Source of the DNA: Octopus bimaculoides
Taxonomy: Eukaryota
Length of the DNA: 64,000 bases
NCBI RefSeq assembly: GCF_001194135.2
Contig: NC_069001.1
Coordinates: 33,005,979-33,069,978 of the forward strand
Reading direction: 5' to 3'
Translations under genes and position numbers: made by a program
The notes under the pieces: generated by a model
What the model was told of the DNA's origin: nothing
Seen by the model: the letters and a program-made list of their open reading frames with translations, nothing else
Databases searched by the model: none
Shown: positions 23,340 through 37,639 of the stretch, piece by piece
Numbering within the stretch: position 1 is the first letter of the stretch
How the letters are laid out: the number at the start of each line of letters is the position of its first letter

Positions 23340-24376
23340 TATGTATATACACACATACACACATATATACATACATATACAGGGTGCATAAGTTATTTGA
23401 GGACATTTGTCTGTCATTTCTTCTGTTAACTTTTTGATCTTGGTCGAAGTTTTTCTCATTTGAGAAAAACCAAATCAAATCTTCTTCTGCTGGATCAATC
23501 TCACATATAAATGAGGAATATGTGAGAAATAAGATGAAGCTACTTTATTCAACTGTTTAAGTTACAACAGTATACTGGAATCAAATCAACTAACTATTGC
23601 TTTTTTTCTTAAATGATTATGTCTTAATGCCTATGAAAGAAAAATGTAACACAAATGCTATTTTTTAAGTTCCTAAAAAAACTGAGTCCAAGAAGTACTT
23701 TCTATTGCCAGCAGGAAGTGTTTCGCTTAATTTTCTAGTGACCTTGGAATAAGTGCAAATGTCACCAACTTTTCATTTGTCCTCCTCTAAAACGATGTTT
23801 CATGCTTAATTAAGAAATCATTATTCAGCTGTCAAAAGGTATTATTATTATATAGCATTCATAAATATTAAGCTTATCTTCTTAACAAAAATGACTGAAA
23901 ATATCCATTTAGGATTATTGTTAACATTAATCATAAATGGTTATTTGGGAGCTTTTTTTTTTCTTATATTAGTTAAGCTATTTTTTGTTCTTATTTCCAT
24001 GCATTGTTAAAAGTACAATGTTAAATAACAAGTTCATTAGTAAATCTAATGCCAGAATTCTAAGAAAATACAGATTAAACAGTAACACAAACAGTTCTAA
24101 ACAAAAATGGTTTTACTAAATCAGAGATATCAAATGAATGTTATCTGCTTGACTTCCTCATACAGTCATGTAAGCAATTATCTGCAACTATTGATAGTCA
24201 TGTAAAAAAAAAACCAAGACAATTGAATTGTATGTATTTCATTAAAAAACAAATTGATTAAAATTGCCTGTCAAATGATATAGCACTTGTGAAGTGTATA
24301 TATAGAACTTTGGGTAAAATAGCAAGATTCTTGTTGGTAGGCTGTGTTCTTAATTTACTATAAGTATTGTATTAGA

Positions 24377-24510
24377 GGCATAACTGGAAGTTTGCATTGC
24401 AGTCATGTGGTTCTGGGTTCTGTTTCACTTCACAACACCTGGTTAAGTGTCTTTTTCTATAGTCTTGGTTCATCAATGAATTGTATGTGAAATTTTGTTG
24501 TCAGAAACTC
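24377..24510 (+). mobile_element. Degraded SINE family A head/core
   Basis: catgtggttctgggttctgtt...cacctggttaagtgtctttttctatagt. Confidence 0.6.
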
Positions 24511-24689
24511 TGCGTAAGTTCATTGTGTGTGTGTGTGCATGTACATACCTATATTTTGTTGTTTAAAAATTTATGTCTGAAAAAAGACAGGCACTCATAT
24601 ATTAATAGAGTGGGCTTGTTATTATTAATCTTATTTATATTTGTGTATGTGCCCCCATATATAAGTATGTGTTTATTTATAGGGAGAAT

Positions 24690-24880
24690 TCACAAAAAAA
24701 AAAAAACAGATGAAGACAGGTGGTGTAGAAAGCAAATAGATGTATTAGTATAACGCTCGGGAATTGAGAAAGTCTTTAATGTTTCGAGCCTACGCTCTTC
24801 CACAGAAAGAAACAAGTAGAGGAAAAAAATGTGTAGTGGTTAGCGATCGATCATGGCGTATACACATGGATAAACAAAAG
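24690..24880 (-). mobile_element. Penelope-like pLTR fragment with a degenerate hammerhead
   Basis: Minus strand ctgtggaagagcgtaggctcgaaacatt with a TCTTT/AAAGA stem. Confidence 0.5.
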
Positions 24881-26622
24881 GGAAAAATATTCAATGCATG
24901 TAGTAGAATTTGTCTGAGGTTGACAACTACCTTCATTTTTACTGAAGGCTTCTCTAGCCCATTCCATCACAAATTGTATCGGCCTCCCTTTGTCATTCTC
25001 ACCATTGCTAATGCAGGAGATGAAATTAGAATTAAAATTATTGAACATGTTACATTTGCTATAGATCTAATGTTTATCTTCATAATAAATTCTATTTTAA
25101 CCACCAAGCTTGAACAGGTTGTTATGGGACTCTGAAAAGCTAAGTGACAGAATCCTACTTAGTGATATTGTCAATATAACCCAAAGGAAGTCATTGAAAT
25201 ACATATGGTATTATTCCTGCAGATTTTTATCCATTAAAACACTATAGTACAAATAACAAAATATAAAATCTTTGGCTCCAGAACTTTTTATCTATTTAGC
25301 CTTCATTGTTAATGAAAAGTATCTTGCAGTAAAACAATGTTACTATTGTTAAATGTTTGTAAAGACTTACACAAACATGCAAAATGTCTCCAAACTCACA
25401 TCAGACTCTTATCTATGTTAAATCAATATTGTGTATGTTTGGAGTCATGTCAAACTCTGTTGGGTAGACCTAGCTTAATAAATGTGAAACGTAAATTAAA
25501 ACTGTTTTGAAGAATGTGTTATCAGTAATTACTAGACTATTGATAAGGATGCTAATGATGATGATGATAATTATATTAATCATAGTAGTGATGATTGAGT
25601 GTTGCAGCTGACTGGCCTATTTATGTTCATGTCAAAGACTCTTAGCTCTCAATGGCCTAAGCAAACTAGCTGTAAACAGATGGTAAAATGATAATCACTC
25701 ACGAAGATAGTCGCTGTATAATAGATTATTGTTTTGTTACCTCACAAGTTACTGTATAGAAAATAGCCACAAACATCAGTGTTATAGGCTGGTACCATAT
25801 TGTTTAGGTGAGTTCTTGGCAATCCAAATTCATGCCAGTTGCAATCTGTTCACAATATTTACATCTCCGAAGGACAAAACACAGTGGAGATAATTTACTC
25901 TCCTTTTGAAATCAAAAGGTTTTTTTTTTTTTTACTTTTAAGAGAAAACAATAAGAAACTGCTCCATTGCACCCTCTTAAAATACTATGATATCATCACA
26001 CATTTCAAGTGAAACTGAATCAGCCACTTAACCTTTTAGCATTCAGATTACTCAAATGAAATGATTATTTATTCATATTGTTTTTAATTAATCGTACATT
26101 ATCTCATGGGGTGATGGCATGATAGTGGGGAGAAATAGGAGAGATAATGCTAGAGGAATAATGAAGAGAAGTAGTAAAAGTAGGGTGTCAGAAATGGTAG
26201 AGGGTAACAGGAGAGAGACACAACTGACAAATGCATGTTTGACTGACCATCTGATATACAGCCATCTATCACTTGCTCTGGTGACTATACATCAGTAGAG
26301 CAAATGGTAGGTAGTCATAAAAATGATCAGTGATAAGAGTGTTATAGATTTTATTAATGATCAACCTGGGGTAGAAGTAATGACTAGCAGTATAAAAGGA
26401 GAGAGTACAGAGTTATGTTAGTTGGTAAGGGAGAGTGATGAATGTTACTGAAAGATGAACTTGAGGGTAGTGGTGAAGAGCAAGGGAGGTACACCAGATA
26501 CCGATAGTTTTGATGCAATCCATTTGACTCAAGTATCATGATTTAAAAAGATAGAGAAAGGAATAGTAGTGATATGGATGGTGGAGATAGACTGGGGGAA
26601 TCAGTTATCGATGGGTCTAGTG

Positions 26623-27079
26623 CAGTGTTTCTCGACTGCTTTTTACCTATCTTTTTGATTCCTATCTTACTTGGATGGACTCTCATAAGCATTCAATATT
26701 AAAAAAAAAATCCATTATATTTTCATAACCAATTTGTTATCATATTTCTGTTGAGATGCTTTGTGTTTCTTTCAATTAATTTAAAATATAACAAAGCATT
26801 TCGTAAAATAACTTAGTTATCATTAAGCTAGTGTTAGGAACACAAGTTGTGACTAAGGTTTTGGTGGAAGATTTTAATTCAGAACTTTTGGAAACAAGTC
26901 ATTTGTACTGCAGAGCCAGAGGTGGTTTCGGGTGAGTTGGTATCAAAAGGGTTAAATATTATTAGGAATTGTATTAAAAAAATTGTTAAAATATTTTGTG
27001 AATTGTAGAAGTATAACAAATTTATTGTGGATAAATTTTAACAACAAAATCTTGTATGGACCCCAGTTGAGAACCACTG
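26623..27079. mobile_element. hAT (Charlie-like) MITE with a nested TTAA-type MITE
   Basis: TIRs cagtgtttctcgact / agttgagaaccactg (13/15); left flank gtctagtg. Internal 26726-26955 ends taacc... / ...aaaagggttaa. Confidence 0.7.
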
Positions 27080-29409
27080 GCCTGTGCAATATTAAAGATA
27101 ATTAAACAACTAATATAAAAACAAACAAATATTAGAAAAAGCTTATTGAACATGATTAAAGATCCAAACAAAGCAGTGTTTAACAACAAAAACACAAAAG
27201 AACATGGTAACAGGTTGGAAAATTTTAATTATTATTGCTGTTTGTTATTCATAGTGATAGTGTTTATTATAGATGATAGTAGTGTTTGTGTTAGCATTTG
27301 AACTGATAGGATTGTTTCCGTTTGCAACAATGATTGTGATGATGATAAGGAGAAGAAGTATCTCAGTCACAATTCTTCCTTATCAATAAAGTGTAACGCA
27401 GTTTCTTATCAGAAATAAAATTTCAACTTATACTGTGGAAACATTTAATAGTTTTCTTCCATTCCAGTCTTATGCTAACAAATATTGTTGAGTCTTTACT
27501 TCAGATTTTCTAGATTGTAGAGGATGTTTGTTCTCTCAATCTTGAGATAATTTCTTTTGTTTTGTCACTTTTTATAGCTAATGCTCACTTCTTCACTTTA
27601 AGCACCATATCTCGTAGATAATGAGCCTTGGTTTCTCTTACAACTCTACTGTCTGCTTCTACTTTACTTTGCTATCATATTTGTGTGATATCTTTTCATA
27701 ATCACACAAACTCTCTTCCACTAGAGATTGCTAATTTTAACTTGGGAGAATAGAGAATTCTTTAAGTCAGAACTTGTTTAAAGAGATAATCTAGTAATTT
27801 TTCTTTTTGGAACATATGAAATATTTGTTTTCCACTGTTACTATATTTGTTGTAAGTTGTAACTGACTGAGTCATTTGTATTTCTGTTTGTCAAAGGTTC
27901 AATAGTTCATTTCTCACTTGGGGCATTACCCAAACCCAAGACTAAGACGCTTCAAATGCAGGGCAAAGAACTTTTTTTTCTATATTTGAAGGATTCATTG
28001 ATTAAATGAAATCTAGTAAGGAAATTGTTATTATGGAATAACAAACAAAATTTTATCAAATATATTGAAAAATGTAATTACATTTATTGTGAAAGTGTAA
28101 TTATAAATATTAGATTAAGAAATAAAATTATAAACTGACCTTCTAATAACTTGCTTAATATTATATTTATTCATTGTGTGTATATGTATGTGTGTGTGAA
28201 CACACAAGTGTGCATGCTATCAACAAAAATGTATTTCCAAATGCAGAATCCAGACATCTGAAAATCACATATCCTTCACCCCTGATCCAATCTATTTAAT
28301 CATAATTGAGCATTATCCACTGCATTATCCAGTGGAATTGCAGCTTGGTATGTGTATTTCATTAGCTTGCAGTTGCAGTGCTAAATATTTTCCTTTTTAG
28401 ATGCAGTTATTCAGGTGCAAAAGTGTCTCTCATTTGCTACTTTTCTTGAAAATTGAGATAAGCTACCATAAACTGTCACAATTTCTAGTAACAGAATTAG
28501 ATAAAGAGGGGAAGAAGATTATATTATTTAATTAGTTGAGATGCCTCTGGAGAATATAGCAAAAATCTTTTTTGAAAGAAGACATTTGAAAAACATCATT
28601 TTAAATATCTATCTTATAGATAATGTGGGATTTTGAAAATAAGAAGAGAGCTGTATAGTTGTCTTATGAACAATTGCAGCTGGAGGCTTTTAATGAAGAA
28701 ATATAATTAGGAAAAAATACAACACCTGGGAAAGTATATATTCTATTGCAATGGGCATTATTGTCTACCACCTACCCAAGCATAGAAATGAAGTAACTAA
28801 TGTGATAGTTGCTAGTCTAGGTAGTAGATTTTGGTTATATTCCATCATCTGCAAGATTAGCCAAGTTTTTGTGCCAAGCCTCTGACAAAAATGTCTGAAC
28901 ATTTGCATAAATACAATTTGTTTGTTGATAACTTAGGATAGTGTACATCTCTGCACAACAGAGCAGTATTTATGTACACACTCCAACATAATATGTACAA
29001 ACACATATTCATGTATGCACATATTTCAATGGTTTTTCAATTATTTTTCTGTAAGGTGTGAGGGGTTGTTTTGTAAATTGAGAAATTTGCAAATTAATTT
29101 TTGAACAAATACTTCATCAACTACCTCAACTACCTGTTTCATTCTCATGAAACAATAGAACTACCTTTGACTTAATCTTTAGTATTGAAACCAGCCATAT
29201 CTAGCCAAAATATTCTACCTGTTTTGTGTTCAAACTGGATGATTATTTTACATCGTCTTTCATCTTTTTAAGAACCTTTAAACAACAATGTCAGTGGGAT
29301 TGATTCAGTTGACCATGATACGCCTCTGTACATGCTTTGGTAAAAAGGGGTTTTTGTTTATTCAAAATAAATTTTTAAAATATATTTATATCATCATCAC
29401 AACCACTGC

Positions 29410-29620
29410 CATTAGGAACTGTATGATCACTTGATCTGCTAGAAATAGAAGCCAAATTGCTTGTAAAAATTACACCTTACCACCTAGGATGAGGAAATAA
29501 GATGTAATTTAGCCCTACATGTCTTTAAAAAAGATAGGATTGTTATGACTAGAATGCCTATGTTTACAGGTTTCCTTAGGCTTGTTTAATCAGTATTGAC
29601 TTGGAATAAACAATATTAGC
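29410..29620 (+). mobile_element. Interspersed repeat with (AAC)n-type tail (ttgacctgctagaaatag family)
   Basis: Related to about 33775-33960 (+) and 46648-46883 (-). Confidence 0.6.
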
Positions 29621-30329
29621 AACAATATGTTGATGATAAATTATTTTAGTTCTTTCAAGGTGTTTTTTGGTCATCGAAGTATGTTCAACATTTTGGGGTT
29701 ACAATCACTTTGTGTACACTACTTTGAAAAGTGCTGTGACATTGTAATGACTACAAGAAACAGTTACAATGCTGACACTCCATAAGGCAGGCCAGGTCAA
29801 ACTACAGTGAAGGCTTTGTTATTATGTAAATCCACACATATAGCATATGAGTATAACAATAATATTCATATGTAAAAAAAATCTATATAAACCCCCTGCA
29901 TGCTCCATTATCACTTCCATTGACATCAACCTCCTTCAAAAACGACAGTGGGGAAAAGAAGAATTTGAGAACCAAGTGCTGATGGAGTTTATTAAATTCT
30001 TTATTTAAACTGATTAACTCTCATTTTGTAAAAATTACTCTTGTAAATGACATTCATATGCTCTCACATGCCATTTATCTGCAAACAGTTTTCTTTATAA
30101 CCACCAGAACACAGAGCATGAAGTCTTATCAAAAGCCTTCTTGAAGTCTATAAATGCTCAGTATAGTTCTTTGCACTTGGCTAAAATCTTCTCCCATAGT
30201 TGTTTTACTTGGAAGAAGGAAGTTAGAGTATCCCATCCTAGTACAAACCTGAAATGTATCTCATCTAGGCTAATTTTATTCCCAATTGGTTGTTATAACT
30301 TTCTGTTTCTTTCATATGAAATATATCTC

Positions 30330-30900
30330 ATCTAAATTAATTTCCTTCCTAATTAGCTGTGCTATAACTCTGGTTCTTTCTTTATATAACTTGGTCCATG
30401 AAGTTTATGCCTCTGTAGTTGCTTCTTCATAAAGTATTCCTTTACCCTCGTAACAGTTGACAATAGCATTACTATGCCAATTGGGGACATCCCTGTATGA
30501 TCTGACTGACTATGCAAATGATTGTGTCCAACTTTGCCAAATATTTTCAGCATTTTGGTGACTAGTTTTGCTGGCCCAGCTACTTTCCCTGTTTTCATGT
30601 TTTGTTATTTTTTCAGCTTCAAGAGCTGGTACCACTGTTGCATATACTTCTACTCCCCCCATCTATTCTTTCCAGGCCTGTCTTTTAACTTGTATGTTTC
30701 TATTTATTATACCATTCTACCACCATGTCACCATTTCATATGGCTGCAGCCTTGCTCCATCCACAAGATTGGTTTCTCATAGAAACTTCCAGTTATCTTT
30801 TATAAGTCTCTATGTTCTCTTCCTTATCAGAAGTATTACTTAGAAATTCTTTAACCTTACTTTCAACTATTTCTGAAATCTTTGCACACAAACTCAGAAA
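30330..30900 (-). mobile_element. RTE-clade LINE ORF2 remnant
   Basis: MKTGKVAGPAKLVTKMLKIFGKVG (the GKAxGP...EMLK pre-RT motif) and upstream CGWSK...TWW-like segment. Confidence 0.75.
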
Positions 30901-32100
30901 GCATAGTTTTATCCAATTTGTAGAATCATTAGAGCATTGGAGAAAAACCTCATGGTAATTATTCTGAGTTTTGCATTCTAAGATCCCACTAAAGTCAACT
31001 TCACTATTTATTTTTTAGTGATTGATGAATAAAGAGCACTAGTCAAGTACTAAGTTTGATTCTCTGTCTGTCTCTCTCTCACACACACATGCACACTGGG
31101 CTGTGTGTTGTGTTCTTGAGCAAGACACTTTATTTCACATTGCTCAGTTCACTCAGCTTTAGAAATGAAGCAGGTGTTTGGAACTTAAATAGCATGGAAT
31201 TTCTGATCAAAAGGTTTTTAGATAATTTTAAAATAGGAATTTTGTATCATGGAATCAGAGGCAGTCTTGGGCAGGTTGGTGTCAAAAGGATTAACTCCTA
31301 CTTTACATCATCACTATAACTAAAACTACACTTGTTTATATCATTCACACTGAGATTATTATTAACACTCTCAACAATGTTATCAATTCTACTGAATATC
31401 CCCCACCTGCTCTTAACCACTGTGATCACCAGACTACCACCACCACCACCACTTCTATTATACTCAGTTATAGCCATTACTTTCTTTATCTTCACCACTA
31501 TTGCTAATGATGACCAATTCTAACATTTCAACATAACCATCAGTATCCCTTCTGTTGTCTTGAGTGTCATTATCTCTCATTAAATATTGTCATAATTGAT
31601 TTGACTACTCCCAACCACATCAACATTGCCATTGTCATCAAGACAATGAGATATTTTTACCTCTCTTTCAACGAACCATTTGTGTTGAGACTGTTCTTGT
31701 TGTAGCTGTTTTTGTTGTTGATTTTGACACATGTAAAGAGATATGTATTTGAGAAATATGTATGATTTTCCAGACCATTTAACCAATTTACTTACTGTGC
31801 TATGATATCAGTCTGCTGTAAAAAGAGTCATTATTACCACATTTCATTCTCTCTCTGACTTTATCTCTTCTCTCTCACCTTCTCTTCTGTCTCTCTCTCT
31901 ATCTCTCTCTCTCCTTTTTCATTGTCTTGCTTTTATTTTTTTTTTACATTTCATATTTCATCTTTTAACTTCTGTCTCCTTTTCATTTTCCTTCTTTTTC
32001 AATTCTCCCTTATTCTTCCATTCTCTCATTTTCTCTTTCATCTACTTCCTCATTTCCTCACTCACTCTCATCTTTTATTTTTTCACTGTCTAAATTACTC

Positions 32101-32141
<41 letters not shown>

Positions 32142-34559
32142 TTTATTATTTATCTATGTTTGAACATAAAAGCATCATCCTCAACTGAATTCTCCTGAAC
32201 ATGCCAACAAACAACAGCTGTAATGTTTACATATCTATAGATTATATCATTTTAGACTTTTCAAGAAAAAAATAAAAGAAAAAAGTCACTGAAGACTGTG
32301 AGCCATGAGCAGCATAGCTCAACGAGAGTATATTGCCATTCTGAGTTTGAAACCTATTTTCAGTTCTTGGCTGGATCCATTATATTCTGTGATTCGTGCT
32401 GTAGATTATATTTATAGGGAGGATGGGTTCCACTTGATGTTGACATTCTAAAAATACTTTCATCTGCATTTCATATCATGGAACATCAACACATGGTTAT
32501 TTTGCTTTATTTTCCTGTATGAGATTGAAATTTTTAGTGAATCCCAATGATGCACTCGGGATGGAAGCAGGAATTATTAAATATTGTGATTTTAGTGTGG
32601 CACAAGTTTCAGATATTTAGAAAGATAATGCATTGCAAATCTTTCCAAATGCTGCATCATACAAATATAAATTGTTGTGTTTTGTGGCTGATGCTGGTTG
32701 ACATTCAATGAGGCTGCAATAGTTACAAAGATACTTGTTTGGTGAGCAGATGTGGTTGTCTTTTGTCAGTTAAGTTTCTTCAGAGCACATCTCTTTGGAT
32801 GTGCAGTCCTCAGTCAAGAGAAGTCTAAGATTGGGTACCTGACATCTTGAATATTTCCAGGTGCTCACAGTTCTCAATCGGTTGGGCAATGGTAGTTAGT
32901 GAAACCTGCATGTAAGCATTCTATAAAGAACTATTAATGAATAAGAACAATATTGTTCTTGGGTAAACTTTAGGCACTGATAAGAACTGACTGGCTGTAA
33001 CAGTTTCAAATATGTAAATTTAATTGTATGTTAGAATACAAAGAAACTTCCTTCAGAGAAAGAGGATAATGACTTGTCAACTAAATTACAACAGGTATAT
33101 AGTCCATTTTTTATATTATAGTGCATTGTTGTACCGTTCAAAATCTTCTATTCTTTACAAACAATACACAATACTTCAAGCGAACTACAATACTCTCCTT
33201 TAAATTATTGTAAATGTATGTGGTCAGTAATGATTTCCAAAATATCTGTGTGTGTGTGTTTACCTATACATATATATCTATCTTTTGTATCTCTCTTTTA
33301 TAATTGGGAAGTATCAGGAATTTCACCTATTTCTGAAGATTCATGCTAAGTTTATATGATATACAATAACAGCTATAAACCTTCAGAAAATCTGAGATGA
33401 ATCTTGAGAATATGATTATGTCATATGTTGATAAGATTAATAGTTTTGCAGTGTTATTTTTAGACTTGGCACAAGTCCAGTAGTTTCAGAAGGTTGCAGT
33501 TAATCACAGTAAAAACAAAACCAAAAGCAAACAAAAAAAATATCTATAGTTGATATGAACTATATAATACATATCTAAACTATGTCACTAGTAACAGGAA
33601 TAGAAAACATACTTTAATGGAAGAGGATAAAACATTTATAAAGATTGAAACAATACAATTGAAACAAAAAAGTAATGAAAATCCTATTTAATCTCAGTGT
33701 TGGATGTTAAAATGACCAATTAGATAAATTTTAGTTAATTGGTTTACAAAATTTTACTCAAGCCCATAAAGGAAGTCTTATGTGGTTACTTGACCTGCTA
33801 GAAATAGCTGCGAGACTACCTCAAATTCCATCTTACAACACATGCACGCACGCTCTCACACACACACAAAGAAAATTTTAACCAAAGTAATCTCTGGTTT
33901 ATATGAAATAAGATTGCCCAGGCCAAAATGCTTTTGGTCATAGACTGGTCAGCTAGTCATTGGGAGGATAGGGGTATATGTGTAGAAGGTGTGTCCATTT
34001 TCTCAGGTAACCTAGGAGAAGGATAGTGGAGAGAGAGGGAGCAAAATATCAGAAGGGCCAGAATGGGTGACTGGGTGGAAGAAGCAAAGGGATATTAGGG
34101 TGTAGAGTTGGTTGAGCAGTGATTGACGAGTTATCTGCAGTCGGTCATTGCAACTATGGCTGTTCATGGCTTTGGCATAACTTGATAAACTTTCTCCATA
34201 CTGGTTGTTTTTTTTTTGTTTTTTGCTTGGGTTTGCCATTTATTACAGTCAAGTGCTGAATAAATGTAAGAGTAGGTAATAAGATAAAGGTAAGAATAGG
34301 TGTTGAATAACAATAAAAGTGACCCACAGGAACAAGTGCTGGCTGATAGTACAACAGAGCTTCTTCTGCTTTACAACCAGCCAGCACTCTCAATCACAGT
34401 ATATTGTGTGTGTATACGGTAGGGATGAAGGTGGTCCAAAGAAGTCTCTTATATATGGTCATGTATGCATATATATATCTTCCATAATGTGAGGGTGATA
34501 CCAATGCTTTTTTCAGATTATAACATAGATTATAACAGATTATAACTAACAAATCCAAT

Positions 34560-36110
34560 GTAAATCAATGATGTTTACCATAGAGGAAGCACTTGAACCC
34601 TATCCAGCCTGAATTTCTACAAAGCTGACCTGAAATCTGTTCAAAAGAGATCCGGAAACAAAATTGGTCCCAAAATTTCTCTCTACAAGACAGTGATGTG
34701 AAACTTAAAGAATGTATGTCGATGATGCACAAAAAAGCACACTGAAGCAGGAGAGTCATTTTGGGACAAGGTCTCAAATTGCTTAAATAAACAACTTAAT
34801 GACAGCAAGAAGTCTCGTTAAAAAAAGGCTTTCAGAGATCAAAAACAAACTAAGACTCTCCTCTATAAAGGAGAGGGAAGAAAGAGAATCTTGGGCAGTT
34901 AAAAATATGAAAAGAAGCCCAGAGGGCTCAAATTTGCTAAAGTGTACACCTTAATGTGTTACAAGATTGAAGAAAATATGTCACTGATGGCAGATTCCAA
35001 AAAGATAAGGGGAATACTAAGTAAACAATTCCAAAGTGTTTTCACTTGCTTTACTGGAAGATATTCAAATGAATTAACCTCTTGAGTTATTGAACACCAC
35101 AGCTCAGCACAGTGAAGAGGTAATTATTGATTATAATGACAAAAGAGGAGGGTGTGATATTAGCCATTGATGAGATGAGCTTGAACTCAACAAGAAGCTC
35201 TGATGGTTTTCCAGCAATTCTTTTAAAACAATGCAAGAAGGCTCTGACAAAATCTTTGTTGATAGTTTTCCAGAGCTTCCTTGCATATTGCAAACTTCCC
35301 AAGAAATTAAAATAAGGTATAGTATGTCCTACTTACGAAGGAGGAAGCAAAATAGATTCTAAAAATTACAAGCCTATCTCTCTGATCTCATCCATCAGCA
35401 AAATCATGGAACACATTGTCAGAAGGAAGCTGATCATATTCCAAGAAAAAATCTAGCTTGCTCACTGACATGCAACATGGCCACTATCCAGGAAAGAGCT
35501 GCTTCACATGGTTAGTACAGTATTGCAACTGGGTACCGAATCAGTAGTAGCTCAATCATTTAAATATGCATATGTCTTGACTTTGCTAAGGCTAAAGTTG
35601 ATCATGGAATGTTATGTCATAAACAATGTAACCTCAGCATAATTGGAAAACTAGGTGAGTTGCTGCATGGCCTTTAAAATGGTAGGAGTCAGGAAGTTGC
35701 AGTCAATGGTTCTCTCTCTGAGAAGCTATCAATCTATAATGGATATTCTGTGAGAGCTGTACTAGGACCATTATTGTTTGTGGTGTTTCTCTAAGACATG
35801 CCCTCATTCATACACTCAACCACTTTCACTCGCTGTGTCAACAATACAAAAGCAGCATTATCAGTCAAGAACCCTGATGATAAGGCAAAACTACACTAAG
35901 ACTTGAACCCAATATACAAGAGGGCCGAAGGAAACAAAATGAAGTTCAATGCTGAAAATTTCAAGTGCTTTGCTATTGTTCTGCAAATAAATTGCAAATG
36001 GAATATACATGACCAGGGATTATTGTAGTCATAGAGTACACTCAGACTGGGATCTGGGAATCCACATGAGTAATGTTGCATCATTACATGCATATATTAC
36101 TAAGATAGCT
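34560..36110 (+). mobile_element. CR1/Jockey-group LINE reverse transcriptase pseudogene
   Basis: SDGFPAILLKQCKKALTKSLLIVFQ...GGSK..SKNYKPISLIS.ISKIME...LDFAKA..DHGML...VLGPLLF...MKFNAENFK, with many stops and frameshifts. Confidence 0.88.
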
Positions 36111-36289
36111 GCTTAGTAGGACTTCATTCAAAAAATGGCTATACTTTCAATTTGTGGGATTGGAAGGGTGTTGTTTTTTACAAGCTTCTTCCTATGAACA
36201 GGGCCATCAAATCAATTTGAATGTGTACTCTAACGAGCTGGACAAATTAAATGTAGCAATCCATGGGAAGTGTCTATAACTTGCTAATT

Positions 36290-36668
36290 GTAAGAGCATT
36301 GTCTTACATTATGACAATGCCAGACTGCCCACATCTTTGCAGATGTGACAGACATTATTGGGGCTTGGCTGGAAAGTTTATTCACCCAACCCTACACCTT
36401 CAGATTTCTACCTATTTTGGTCTTTTCAAAATTCATTGAATAAACAGACCTTCAACTCTGAAGAGTGTAAAAATTTACTTGGAAGAGTTCTTTGCCAGTA
36501 AAGACAGGAAATTCTTTGTGCAGGGAATAATGGACCTGCCCACAAGATGACAGATGATACTGGAACTAAATGACAATTATATCATTGATTGAATAAATTG
36601 ATTTATGTTTAAAAATTGTATCTTATTTTCCTCTAAAAAAGTGAACAAACCTTTTGGCCAATGCATTA
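36290..36668 (+). mobile_element. mariner transposase 3' remnant with terminal repeat
   Basis: IVLHYDNAR...LGWKV...TPSDFYLFWSFQNSLN...FFASKDRKFFVQGIMDLPTR...NDNYIID*, then a TIR-like aacaaaccttttggccaatgcatta. Confidence 0.85.
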
Positions 36669-36809
36669 GCTCACAAGATTAAAAACCTCTTCAACTGAGT
36701 GAGACTACAGTAGAGGAAGGTGGCTTTATACTTAGAGATGAGTGGATGCGTTCTGAGATAAGGAACAGAACAGGTTTCTTGCTATTGAAGAGCTACACAG
36801 CTACTCATG

Positions 36810-37300
36810 TTTGTCGAGGAGTGGGTGAGTCAAACTGGAAAGAGAGATAAAAACAATGGTGATGAAGTTTTAGGTTAGGCCTTGAAAGTGCAAGAAGGTG
36901 AACAGAGCTGAGTGGTGACAGAAAAACAGGGACTGGAGGTGGTATAAAGGTTGCAAGAATATATGAGCTGAGTAAAGAATGGTCAGAGATGGGACATGGA
37001 TGAAAGTACAGATATAATGAAGAACAAGATTTGAGGAGTGGCTGGTGATAAATAGACAGAGGGAAAACAGGTAAGAGTAGGTGATGACTGTAGAGATTAG
37101 GTAGGATTGTAGGGTGAAAATAGTAAAAGGGTAGGGGGATGGTAATGATACATATGAGATGGGAAGGTAGGAGAGAATAGGTGATGACTGATAATACAGA
37201 AGGAGTTAGGAGTAGCAGAATAGTAATAATACAAGAGGTAGGGGAAGTATGAGAGATAGGGAGATGATGTGTTGGTGTTTGGGGAGGAGAGTTAATTTGG
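36810..37300 (-). mobile_element. Pyrimidine-rich repeat family copy (reads purine-rich on +)
   Basis: Reverse complement shares catctccctat(t/c)tctcata and ccatctct(a/g)accat with 1330-1580. Confidence 0.55.
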
Positions 37301-37639
37301 TAATATAGTGTGTGTGAGTATATATATATGTATATATAAACCACTTTCATTATCATCATCATTTAGTGACTGTTTTCTATGCTGGCATCATCATATACAA
37401 ACATATTAAACAATGTCTGTTACATTCAAAGGTATATTCATAAAAAAATATTTGTTTATTGGAAGACAAATTTATTGGAAAATGTAAAACTACATTGAAA
37501 CAAATATTTTGGAACATCTTATTTATATTTATATATCACACACACACATGCATACATATGCACATAAATGTATGTATGTGTATGTTTTCTTTCTTAATTT
37601 TGATGCATAAATATTCACAACACTGTTTCATAATATAAA

